Made by a program: the position numbers and the translations under genes
The notes under the pieces: generated by a model
The model's database searches: none
What the model was told of the DNA's origin: nothing
What the model saw: the letters and a program-made list of their open reading frames with translations, nothing else
NCBI RefSeq assembly: GCF_004010195.1
Contig: NC_057756.1
Span: 3,205,824 to 3,269,823, forward strand
Length of the DNA: 64,000 bases
Direction: 5' to 3'
Origin: Chiloscyllium plagiosum
Taxonomy: Eukaryota
Shown here: piece after piece, positions 25,654-37,225 of the stretch
Layout: each line of letters begins with the position of its first letter
How positions within the stretch are numbered: the first letter of the stretch is position 1

Positions 25654-26442
25654 AATGGGGGATATGGAAGATAAAAAGCATGAAAACAAAGGAAGAGTTA
25701 AAGCATGGAAACGACTGGTGATCTGTGGCAAGAGGTCTGTGGAATACTACAGTAATCAGAAAGGTCACTATGGCAAGAATAGTGGAATCTTCTTACACAA
25801 ATTAGTAGAGTACGTTTGAGGCTGAAAGTTCACTATGTTTTGATAAACTAACAGATAAGTAAAGTCGGCCTTGCCTGCTAAATATTATCCTGGCAGGATT
25901 GGGACAATAAATATTTGGGACATGATATTAAATATCAAATTAGTATTAGTAGAGTCAGCCTGCTTGAGATCATTGACAATAAATATCTAATTATGACATT
26001 ACGAAAGAATTAAGTAGGGTGTGGAATGAAAGACCATTGTTACAAAGCTGTCATTAAATATCTAATCGTGACATTAGCGTAACATTAAGTAGAAAATAGG
26101 GAAAACTATAACGGCACAACTAAAGAGATAATGTGAAATAAGATCACTGGTTTAGCGCATAGCTGGAGTGAGATAATTTTGATGAGCACAGTTGGACATG
26201 CTGATAAGCGAACAGAAATATGATTAAAAAGTATAAAGAACCACAGATTCTGAGGCTATTGGACATTCAAGAAATCTGCTTTCTGTGTGTCACCGTTTTT
26301 TGTTTCCTTGAAGAACTCTCCGCATCTCCTGGTGATTCTTTACATTTTCTCCACGACAATTCTCCTTCTAACTTAATTCTCTGAACACTAGTAACTGACA
26401 CTTCCAGTTGGGATATGCAACAATTGTGACAAAACATTTTCA
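25654..26442 (+). mobile_element. ERV polypurine tract and 3' LTR
   Basis: PPT-like aatggggga 25654-25662 right after env; internal repeat aaatatctaat..tgacatta..ttaagtag at 25981 and 26057; TATA-like tataaag 26232. The 3' end is uncertain. Confidence 0.65.
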
Positions 26443-26649
26443 CTTGAGTCTCAGAAAGTCTGAAGATATTTACAGATATCCATGGTTCGCCAGCGTTCAA
26501 GTATGAACATATCATTTTTGTCCAATCTGTCTTCACAACTGATAAATTTTATGACTGCCAAAATTGTGATGTTTATTCGAACCACATGAGCTTTCAAGAT
26601 GGATTTAGTCCATATTTTTTCTGTTGAAGAGGGGTTTTGCACACTTGGT

Positions 26650-27186
26650 GGAGATGTGTCTGTTCCATGGAAAACAGAATGTGGAATCTGTCTCACACAG
26701 CCCGGGTCCTTGTTCTGGTTTCAGAAGATGAATTTGGAGTTTTGATGTTGAATCTGCCAGGTAGAGCTCTCTTTGTGTTGTTACAAATACTTTAGCTCTC
26801 TCTCCCCTACTAGCTTCATTATCTGCTGTTGCGTCTCCTAAACTGGAGGTAAGTGAGAAAAATTTGTGTTACTGAAATAATCTATACAAAGGGTTCATTT
26901 TTTGAATGTTAATATATCGAAAGAATTAATGAGTAGTAGTGAAGTAATATATTATTTTGTTAAGTATGTCGATAATGTTGTGCCTAAACTTGTTTTTGTC
27001 CTTGTTGCAGTTTGTACTTTGAATACGCAGCAAGAAAACACGACTGTTTTGCTAACAGCCTAGTCGAAGGACAAATTAACTCACATGCAGAACTCATGCC
27101 TAACATGTGTCTTTAAATAAGATTTTTTTTAAAAGGCTGATCTGTCCCCTTCATATATTTTGAGGGGCTTTTTTCAATCCTAGCAA
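26650..27186 (+). mobile_element. Probable solo Gypsy LTR
   Basis: Ends in 'attttgaggggcttttttcaatcctagcaa', similar to the LTR ends at 41110-41148 and (reverse) 17140-17175. Confidence 0.5.
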
Positions 27187-29029
27187 TATGCTTCTGGTAG
27201 TGTGGTGACCAGATGTGTACAAAATGCCGTCAACTTTAACAATTATCTTCCATTCAGTGTCAGATGATGAGTACTGATGAAAACTTAGACCAATCCCTCA
27301 ACGTTAATACTGCTTCGCTCTCAACCTTTCCTGCAGAAAAATCTGCGCTGGGTTCAGATTTGATGCGTTTAAATAAATTGCTTTTATGTGTCCATTATAA
27401 TTCACTTTTTAAACGATAACTTTCACATATTTCAGGGCTGTGAATTTAACGAAACAGTTTATGAGAAACTGAAAGACCTGGACAGTGTGTATCAAGTGAC
27501 GATTTGTGAATAAAATAACATGATTGATATGAAATACAATGGCTATTTCATCTGGTGGCATTCGATGACATATTTTTGTCAATATGCAGCAAATAAATCA
27601 AGATAGACTCTGCAAACCTTGCCAAATAATGCAAGGATAAAGTGAGGGCAGATTGAATGCTGTCACTGCAAGAACCTGCATGGCCATCTTGCAAAAACCT
27701 TCATGAAGTTTGACTTCTTTTAGAATACAGTAACTCACTTGACGAGCAAAACATCTACAATCCTGCATTGCCTCTATTACGATGTTCTGTAGCAGCATCG
27801 TGGAACCTTTTCAAGAGTGTTATTTCAAAAGGTACACCGTGAGCGCAAGGTTTCCATTTATGTTGTGCAGTGGAGTGATGGGAATTACACAAATTGCTGA
27901 TGAGCAAAAACATAGAGCATGTTTACGATTTTTGCACGGGTCGGCCTACAGGAAAAAGTTATATAGATATATATTTCTCACTTCAATTTTTCAATAAATC
28001 AGTGTATAGTAAAATGGAAACTACACTATCAAATAATTATTCATTTATAATGACATTGAAATGATGTTTTTTAAACGTAAAGTGAAATTCGGGCAATACA
28101 TATGGTCCGCAAAATACTTCTCCAATAAATTAACATGAATCCATCATTCTGAATATCTATCCGCCATCATTCCATCCATTTTCCAACGATTCATAAGAAT
28201 TTATCTTGAACAATTCAATCAATCTATATGGGAGAAAGCTGTATTATCTTGTGAAAATTATCGTACCGAGGTTGCATACGATGTAATTATTCTATAATAT
28301 ATTTCACTGACGGGTGTATGATCTGATCACAATCCTGCATGGAAAACGATCATTCTTATCTACTCGTTTAAAACTTTTTGAGTTAATGCAATAGATAGTG
28401 CGTACTGTATCTTGACGTGTTTTTATTTTTGGCGAGGAATCAGATATATACAAAGTCAGGTTGTGCTAGCTGGCAGACAGCAGCAATTTTCAAAGTCAAA
28501 AAGTAAGGAAATGTAAAATCACAACAGATTAGAAGACATCTGACGTACAGGAGAGTCGATGAATCGAACAAAAGCTCAAAGAAATCAACTTTCCTGCACC
28601 TGAGATATTGCCTGACCTGCTGTACTTCCACATTGCCTCACTTTCTCCTCGACGCAAATTGCAAAACAATGATGCCAGAAGTTCGGGTCTAATTTTCCTT
28701 GGGTAGTAGAACCTAACAGTAAATGTTGAAAATATCATTACTAAAAAGAACGATAAAATAGCTGTTGTGTAAAAAATAATATTAAGTGTTCAAATATTGG
28801 TAACACTCACACCAACTGTTAAATGGACCTTATCTGCTCACTGGCCCAAAACAAAAAATACTAAAGGTAAATTCTGTAGGATCGGTCAGGTGGTGATCTG
28901 TTGCAAAATCCTCCGAGAGAGATGTTACCTGTAAGGGGAAACCATCAGAAGAAACACAACTGCTTGCAAAAGTAAAGGACGATTGTCTTAAACATTCAAC
29001 AAACGTGATGAGATGTACTGTTGATTGAA

Positions 29030-29910
29030 GATTTTTCAAGGCATCTCATGCTGCATTTTAGACTCAAAAGTGGTAGGCATTCTGGGAGTCGGATTAATGG
29101 AAAAGCCGAAGGAGGTGCTGTGGAGAGCTCACTGATCTCTAACATGTACGCAAAATATCCCAAATGTAGGAGAGAATTTAGAAAACAAAGAGTTGGAACC
29201 ATTGCAGTGCATAAAAGCAGGCAGAGCCAAATTGCCATAACTCAGGTGGAGACTACATTCAACAACATACTACTCGAGTCATAACAACTTCTGTCTCAGA
29301 TATTTGTTCTGGCTCTGGGTTGGCATCTGCGCCTTCACAAAAAAACAACAACCGGGAGCCAACAGAGACTTGTCTGCAACCGTCATCTCATATTCGATTC
29401 AGACAATACGGCCAACGCTGCCCTGGACTCTACTGAAGCGAGGACTGGGACCTGCATCGAACTCCCTTCAACGTCTGCCTCCACAAATGACTCCAACTAT
29501 TGTCCAAACGTGGGCTTCATTCCCCCAATGTCACTCCTGGTTCCTCCTGCCCATCTGTAGCTCGCCAGCAGACCACGGTCCGTCCCCATCTTTCAGCCCT
29601 GACAATTTATCCTACCCAAACTAACTCTCCCCACTCCCCTATATTTCATCATAATACTCCACCCAGCACCCAATCCGTCACACTACCCTACCAACTCCCC
29701 AACTCTCCGTTCCTTCCTACTCCTCCGACAACAATATATTCAACCCCCAACACATCGCCTTGCACCCTCCCCCGCAGTGGCCTCTTCGAGAGCCCCACAA
29801 AACCACACCCGTTAGACGTGCCATAAATTCACTATACCTTAAGACCACGAAATTTCTGAGGCCATCGTGCTCCTGTGCCTCCACTTTATCGGGTTCCATG
29901 CCCAATACGC
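29030..29910 (+). mobile_element. Penelope-like element, 5' portion
   Basis: C-rich strand; 29820-29900 resembles the xFTIP..L.LSEAE.SVL..GL.FIP N-terminal PLE motif. Confidence 0.55.
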
Positions 29911-29929
29911 TGTGGAGCACTAATCAGAG

Positions 29930-31570
29930 ATATAGAGTCATAGTGGCATGCAGCACGGAAACAAGCCCTTCGGTCCAACTTGCTCATGCCAACTCGATAT
30001 CCGAAAACAAACCATTTCTATTTCACAATGTCTGGCCGATATTCCTCCACATCCTTCGTATTCATGTACCCATCCAGATGTCATTTAAAAGTTGTAATTG
30101 TACCAGCCTCCACCACTTACTCTGCGAGCCCTTTCCATAAACGCACCACCCTCGGTTTGAAAATGTTACTCGATAGTTCCCTTTTAAATGTTTCCACTCT
30201 TACCATAAAACTATGCTCTTTTGTTCTGGACTCCCCCACCCAGGGAAAAGGCCTTATCTATTTATCTATTTATTTTCAGCCTTGCCCTTCATGACTCTAC
30301 AAACCTCGATAATGTTAGACAACCGCCTTCGCTGATCCAGTGTAAAAAGCCCCAGCCAATTCCGAGGCTTCCTGTTGCTAAAATCATACAACTGTGAAAA
30401 CATCGTTGTAAATCTTTAATGAAACTTTTCAAATTTCACAACGTGCTTCTGATCAGAATGAGACCGGACTTGCATGCAAAACTCCAAAAGTGACCTACCC
30501 GACTTCCTGTACAGCCGCAACATGATCTCTCAAATACTGTACTCTACAGTATTGTTTTGACCAAAAAACAAAAGCATAGCAAACGCCTTGTTCACCGTCC
30601 TATCTATTTGCGTATCCACTTTCAAGGAACAATGTACCTGCATTCCAAAGACGATTTTCTCAGCAACACTCCCATGAACCTTACCGTTACGTGCGCAATT
30701 CGCGCTCTAATTTGGCGTTCCAAACTGCAGAACGTCACATTTATCTAAACTAAACCTCATCTTCCAGTTATCAGCCCATTGGTGCATTTGATCATGATCA
30801 CGTTGTTATCTGAGGTAACCCCCTTCACAGTCTACTGCACCTCTTGTTTTGGTGTCATCATTTAAACTTAATAACAATACCTTCTAATGTTCATATCCAA
30901 ATCATTTATATAAATGACAGTGGACCCAGCGCCGATCCTGTGACAAACCATTGGTCGCAGGCCTTTCGTCTGAAAATCAGCCCTCCACCATCACCCTCTG
31001 TCTTCGATATTCGAGTCAGTTCTGTAACCAAATGGCTACGTCTGTGGGTATTGCATGAGATGCAACATTGCTAACCAAATTTCGATGAGGAAAATTGTCG
31101 ATCATTTTGTTGAAGTCCGTAAAGATCACAGCCACTTTATCAATCCTCTTTGTTATTTTTTAAAGATAAAAGTCTGTTCGTGAGACACGATTTCCCAAAA
31201 AAAAGCTGCACAGACTATACTTTATCAAAAACATATATGTCCTGTTCTTTAGGAGCATTTTCCTATCACTTACGTCAGGATCACTGGTCGATAGTTCCCT
31301 GGCTTTTTCTTACCAGGTTATTTAATTATTGACATTGAGTGAGCCAACCACCAGTCTTCCAACACCTCAGGTCTGACTATCAATTCAACAAATAGGTGAC
31401 GTTGTTGGTCTTTGAGGGCCATGTTCTATCACTAGTTACCATCTTGACCTGAATGCATTTCTCGAATTCTTTTGGATTCTCCTTAACACTAGTTGTCAAA
31501 ATTATCACATATCCCTTTTTTGACCTCCTCATTTCGCTCTTATGTCAACTCCTACTGTCTTTATGCTCTT
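29930..31570 (-). mobile_element. CR1 LINE with internal deletions, splitting the Penelope element
   Basis: Tail 'tagagtcatagtggcatgcagcacggaaacaagcccttcggtcc'; RT landmarks (ggacccagcgccgatcctg = QGSALGP; gtgagacacgatttccc = GKSCLT on the reverse strand). Confidence 0.88.
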
Positions 31571-31574
31571 GTTC

Positions 31575-32030
31575 CACATTTGTGCTTTCATCTTTGAGGA
31601 AGACGCCCACACACGTTCTGAGCCCCCCATCCCATGATACCAAATTTCGCCTTCCGAATATGCATCATGCCCCGGCCTCTTATCAACCCTGGTCTTTTTA
31701 ATTGCTGACTGCCCAAACAAAACCGGCAATTTCGAAATCAGCACCCATCTCATTCATTCCAACCTCAGCCTCTCCAAACTTGCAGAAGTCCAGACCCCTC
31801 ATTCCGTACACAGCACTATTCCCAAAATCTTCTGCCGTTTCACCAATGACAACTTCGCTGCTGCAACCTGCACCCGGGTTAAAATGGAACAGTTCATGAA
31901 ATTTGCCAGCAATTTCCAACCTCACCCTTAAATTCACTTGGTCCATCTTAGACCTCTCCCTCCCCTTTTCTGACCTTTGCATTTCTAAATCCTGTGGCAG
32001 CTTACGGACTGATATTTGCGACACACAGTC
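31575..32030 (+). mobile_element. Penelope-like RT fragment
   Basis: Decayed ..RFTNDN (YIDD position) ..MEQFMKFASNFQPHP*IHLVH../TWSILDLSLPFSDL matches PLE RT FHPNLKFTWTISDTSLPFLDL. Confidence 0.75.
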
Positions 32031-32034
32031 TCCT

Positions 32035-32350
32035 ATAACTAGTCGTTGAGAGCATCCTGAGCTGCCCCATCACTGCCTCATTTGGGAAGTGCACATGGTA
32101 CAATTGACAGTGAGGGCAGCCATGAAGATCGTTGGTATCTCCCTTCCCTCCGTTACAAACATTTACATATCATGCTGCATTTGAAAGGCTTAGACCATTG
32201 TGGAAGACTCCACACAAACCTTACTCAAAACTTTCTCCCTCCTACCAACTGGCAGAAGATACCCGAGAATTTGGCATCTCATGGTGAGACTGAGCAACAA
32301 TTTGTTTCTCCCACAAGCCATAAAGCTGCTTAACACAGTGTGATTGGACT
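32035..32350 (+). mobile_element. Rex1/Babar-like LINE 3' end
   Basis: LPSVTNIYISCC..KA..IVEDST.. LLPTGRRY ..RLSN..FLPQAIKLLN, the Rex-Babar RT C-terminus. Confidence 0.75.
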
Positions 32351-32369
32351 TTTTCCTATCTGTACTTTA

Positions 32370-33105
32370 CATAGAACATTATAGCGCAGTACAGGCCCTT
32401 CGGCCCTCGATGTTGCGCCAAAATGTCATACAAATCATAAGCCCATCTAGCCTACACTATTCCATGTACATTCATATGCTTCAGGAGAAAGTGAGGTCTG
32501 CAGATGGTGGAGATCAAAGCTGAAAATGTGTTGCGGGTAAAGCGCAGCAGTAAGGCAGCATCCAGAAGGAATCCTGAAGAAGGGCTTATGCCCAAAACGT
32601 CGATGCTCCTGTTCCCTGGATGCTGCCTGACCTGCTGCGGTTTTCCAGCAAAACATTTTCAGCATTCATACGCTTGTCATATGACGACTTAAATGTACTT
32701 AAAGATGGCAAAACTACTACCGTTGCAGGCAAAGCATTCTATACCCTTACTACTCTCTGAGTAAAGAAACTACCTCTGATATCTGTCCTATATTTATCAC
32801 CCCTAAATTTAATGCTTTGCCTCCTCGTGCTCGCTGTAACCATACTTGGAAAAAGGTTCTCCCTGTCCACCCTATCTAAAATTCTGATTATCTTATATGT
32901 CTCTACTAAGTCACCTCTCAACCTTCTTCTCTCTAACGAAAACAGCCTCGTCCCTCAGTCTTTCCTCGTAAGACCTTCCCTCCATACCAGGCAACATCCG
33001 AGTAAATCTCCTCTGCACCTTTTCCAAAGCTTCCACGTCCTTCTTATAATGCATTGACCAGAACTGTGCACAATACACCAAGTGCGGCCGCACCAGAGTT
33101 TTGTA
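32370..33105 (-). mobile_element. Relatively young CR1 3' end
   Basis: ORFs 32739-32921 (RGDLVETYKIIRILDRVD..FFTQRVVRV) and 32911-33093 (RPHLVYCAQFWS..LEKVQRRFTRMLPG). Confidence 0.95.
32482..32662 (+). mobile_element. Hairpin Penelope-derived insert with hammerhead core and 13-bp TSD
   Basis: TSD cattcatatgctt 32469-32481 / cattcatacgctt 32663-32675; inverted arms about 32519-32565 and 32616-32663; CTGAAGA-a-gggc-ttat-gccc-AAAA at 32574-32597. Confidence 0.88.
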
Positions 33106-33229
33106 ATTTCTGGGGCATCTTCGACTTGCTGCTGAAAAATATATTGATTATGTATGATTCTTCGATTATACTGGAACTTACTTTTTTCACTTCTTTCAGG
33201 TAATACAGAGGTTTTTTCTAACATTCCTG

Positions 33230-33655
33230 CAGACTAGTTTACTGTATCCAGTGAGTTTGGTATTGTCTTTCTTGCATCTTTGTGACCAAACATACACTAA
33301 CGGCAGGCTTTGCCAAGCATCTCAGCCGAGCACACAAGATCAAGCATGATCTTTTACCTATTGTAAATTTAAATTCCCCTTCCCGTTCCCTCTGTAATAT
33401 TTCCATCTTTGTTCTCGTCTATAGCCACGTGACTGAGCCTGAAGGACTCAACAATGAGATCTCCTACTTCAAATAGGTTTCCCACTTTTCGTCTGGAACC
33501 CTTTCCAGCCCCGCCTACTCCCTCCTGTATCTCCAACTGACCTCTCGCGCCTGCTCCGAAACAGAATCATTAGTCCAAATTGACTTACCAATTCGTACTT
33601 TCAACCTGTAGTCACATGTCGCAAATTCATCACTCTGCCCCTGAAGTGTTCATCG
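33230..33655 (+). mobile_element. Penelope-like GIY-YIG/3' fragment
   Basis: ORF 33282-33476 (TKHTLTAGFAKHL..LPIVNLNSPSRS..ISIF) matches ETKR.L..RF.EHL..PVA.HFNSPSHS. Confidence 0.65.
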
Positions 33656-33769
33656 CTTAAAGAATGCAAGCAGGGAATACAGTTAACAAACAATACATGG
33701 ATTGAAGGCGATTAAAATCTTCAAACCTGCTCTTGAACAAATTAGACTGAGAGTATCCGAGAAATGACA

Positions 33770-33880
33770 GCGAGTTAGAGACAGATGTAAAGAGGTAGAG
33801 AGCGACAAGAGAGAGACAGAAGCGGAGAGTGAGAGGGAGCGAGAAAGAGAGTGAGAGAGAATAGAGAGCGTGAGAGACGT
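33770..33880 (+). repeat. Degenerate (GA)n tract
   Basis: Directly visible. Confidence 0.85.
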
Positions 33881-34168
33881 TTCTGAGCAATCAATTTTGC
33901 AAGGTAAAATGCTTGTTTCATGAGAATATTTATAAAACTGTCGTTCATTTACTGTATTTCCAATCGCAGAAATTTCAGAAAAATAATGAAAGACCAATAT
34001 CGGCCAGTAATTTGAGCACTCACTTGTATGATATTGAGATTCTGAAATGGTTGAAATGAAGCTGAATATTCATTTTCACATATTTTTCTCCTTGATTGAC
34101 GGTATGCTTCACTGACAACACCCACGTCCGACGAACATCTGATGTATTCAAATCGAAAAGGTACGTGT

Positions 34169-34171
<3 letters not shown>

Positions 34172-34207
<36 letters not shown>
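34172..34207 (+). repeat. (AT)n microsatellite
   Basis: Directly visible. Confidence 0.98.
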
Positions 34208-34210
<3 letters not shown>

Positions 34211-34899
34211 GCATGACAAGGATTTTTATACAATTTGCAAAGTCCTTTTCAGGATAATATAGTGTGGCAATTTTCATAATGCACTGCTCACATGCCTTAT
34301 GTAATGTATGATGGACATTTGTTTTCTCACAAATATTTCATATTTGCAAACTCATTCTCTAACTTGCTTGGTAATTCTCCTCATTGGAAAGGATTTCATA
34401 GCACATCCCTTAGTCCAAATACAGAAAATATAAGAAAGAAAAGTTTATAAGCTTTACTTCACAATGATAGTTAATGTATTATCAAAAAGTGCCCCAGAAT
34501 TATGTGACCACGGAATTTTGAATTCCTTTAAAGTACCATTGAAATGTGGCTTAATAATATATATTTGAATAATGTTACAATGATACATGTAATCCTGGGA
34601 CACGTTAAAAACATTTCAAAAAGCAGCAGATAGTCTTGATGTAGCCTGAAACAGATGGAAATTTTCAGTTCGCACATTAATATAGGCAGAACTCTTCAAG
34701 TAAAACAAACGCCAGTCAACATTAAACTGAAAATTGCAAGACAATGTCAATAATTTCATCTAAACATATGATCAAAACATTATCAATTTCACAAAATAAA
34801 CAGATGATCAGCGTGTGTGGTCGTGTTGTTAATCATAGTGCACTGCTGCAGACAACAGTTGTATCTTTATGAGTGGATTTAATGCATTTATGTAGTGGA

Positions 34900-35850
34900 G
34901 AATACGTTCCAACTTTTAGTCTTCAGTCAGAGCTGAGCACATAAATAGTTAATTATGGAGACAGTGTAAGAAAGATATTGCGCTGCTTTCGAAACCCGAA
35001 CAAATGATGTACAGGTAAGAGGGCATTTTTCCCCAGTTTTCCAGGCATTTAGAAAAGAAACTGCCATATCATGTGCGAAAAATAATGAAACTAGGACATT
35101 GAGAAACGTGATGTGATCATTAGTGCATTAGGGAAAAGGGAACACCTCAAAATTTTCGGATTAAATCTGTGGCATTTTTATCCAACGAACAAAATGGACA
35201 ACTGTCCATAAAAGAGCCGTAATAATGGGAGATTCACCAGACTTGTTTTCCCAGAAATTAAAACATACATAATTTTATCTATTGCAAATTCCTTCTCAAC
35301 AAATAAATTCCATCAAAGTAGATGATTGCAATCATTTATACGTATACTCAACTATAGCTGAATATCACTCAGATCGATTGTTAAAAACAATTGACCTAGC
35401 CATGCCTTTAATAATCCATGCACATTTTTGTGGAAACTACTTTCAAAGTATGACCATTCTCTGCTACAGTGCTACAAAAAAAACTTTCACACATCTTTTA
35501 ATGACACCTGAATTTTAAACAATGACGCATGTTTTTGTTTGTTCCATAAAAGGAGACATGCATTGCGAATTCACTATCTTAATAATCCTGACAATTTTGT
35601 GTCAACTAATGTCATCTCGTGACAGGTTTGATTACTGGATGAGAAGAAAACATTACTTCTTCAACAACAGAATCAGAGGAAAAGTGAAACATCTGCGTCA
35701 ATGCCATTTTAAGCATGTATTAAATGAAGTGTTATGGACAAAGGTAGAGCCCCTCAAAGCATTTCAAGCAAATATGCCAAACCCTAACATTGCGAATTAT
35801 TTTAAGCAGGTGAACAGTGGATATTACAAGAAAGACGCAGTTGCTTAAAG
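34900..35850 (+). mobile_element. Very old CR1 ORF2 3' remnant
   Basis: cattgagaaacgtgatgtgatcattagtgcattagggaaaagg resembles NVEKCEVIHFGRK; later landmarks are faint. Confidence 0.45.
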
Positions 35851-36919
35851 CACTTAATTTGAAATAAAAAGGAATTTCTTTACAGAATCACTGAATGAAC
35901 ACAAAAAACGAACAGAATACCAAAACAACTTAACCTATCTGAAAACCACGCAGATTCTCCCAACTTAATGATGCTGCTCTAAATTCCAGCAGCAATACCC
36001 ATAAGCATCGCTTGGCAAAAATAAATACATATATAGCAAAAAAAAAACAAACGTAGGTTCTTTCAGGAGAGGAAGCAAGAGAAATGACAGCATGAAACAA
36101 ACCGCTTTCATGTAATTGTTTCGAGGATCTGCAACCACGAACTGACCAGAGTGCTTTCAATAAACAGTCAAACTGCTAAAACCAAACCAAACCAAGCTGA
36201 ACTTGGAAAACTGTCCAGTCTCCTTTCATGATACATTTTTTGTTTATTAATGACTTGAACGCATTCTCAAATAGATCAACACCAGGTCTTTCGGTGTCTG
36301 TGTCTTTACGATCTCCTGTAAAAACAAAAGACAGTAAAACCTTGCAATAGGTGCCGCATCATCACACAAGTACTGAATTCAATACCGAACTCGACACTTC
36401 AGGAAGATTCCGTACTTTCATCGATGTCTGCAGAGTTGAATCAAAAGAATGAAACCCGTTATGAAACGTTCTGTTACAAATTCATATTTCAGAGCGGATG
36501 ACTGTATCATTTTTATACTGGTTTAAAATTGATCAACTGAAATAATATTACTTTATCGTCAATAACTGATTTCCGAATACAAACATACATTTAAATTATA
36601 ATTTCATCCTTTGCTGTGTGGATGTGTGATATTTGTTTCTTGTTAGATTTGGCTAACTGCAATATTCATACGATAAAATCTGCACATTCAATATCATTCA
36701 ATGCTACGTTTTGAAGCTTATTCTTGTCTCTATAATTTTAACCAATAATCTATATTTATTGAAAATGGATTTTTTTTCATTTTTAATAGCATTTTTTAGT
36801 CATTGTTATTGCTTTGTTTTTGTGAATTTCCTCCTGAGATATATATTGGCGAACTATTTCGCCAAAATTTTAGAGTGAGTAGTAGGTAATGAACCATTTT
36901 CTTAAAACGTTGTTGAAAA

Positions 36920-37225
36920 TGCTGGGCCACAGCGGTTAGCACTACTGTCTCAGCTGACCAGACCTGGTTTTAATTCCAGCCTCGGGCAACTGTGTGAGTG
37001 GAGTTTGAACATTTTTCCAGTAGCTGTTTATATTTCATCCCAATGATCAAAGGTTCACAGTTTGGCTTCATTATCTATGCCAAACTTCCAGAGTGTCCAA
37101 AGATGTTTCAGTTGCGTGGGTCAGGCATGAGAAAATGCAGGGTTGCAGTGGTGGGATGCGCATGATTGGGTAAATGTGTACTCCACAGGCCGAATAGCGA
37201 GCTTCCACACTGAACGTATCTTGCT
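36920..37225 (+). mobile_element. HE1-like tRNA-derived SINE, decayed
   Basis: 5' ggccacagcggttagcactactgtctca..ggttttaattccagcctcgggcaactgtgtgagtggagtttg (A/B-box region) and 3' ggccgaatagcgagcttccacactg tail. Confidence 0.8.

Noticed and set aside
27436..27513. ITAM-like terminal exon GCEFNETVYEKLKDLDSVYQVTICE* after an AG acceptor
   Set aside because: Aligns with the CR1 ORF2 motif RGDLIEVYKILKGLDRV; the second YxxL is imperfect and no partner exons were found.
36200..36435. Possible Ig/TCR segment or small minus-strand exons (GTYC-like motif, RSS-like nonamer)
   Set aside because: No canonical CACAGTG/ACAAAAACC pair with 12/23 spacing, stops in the frames tested, and no V-domain Cys/Trp framework.
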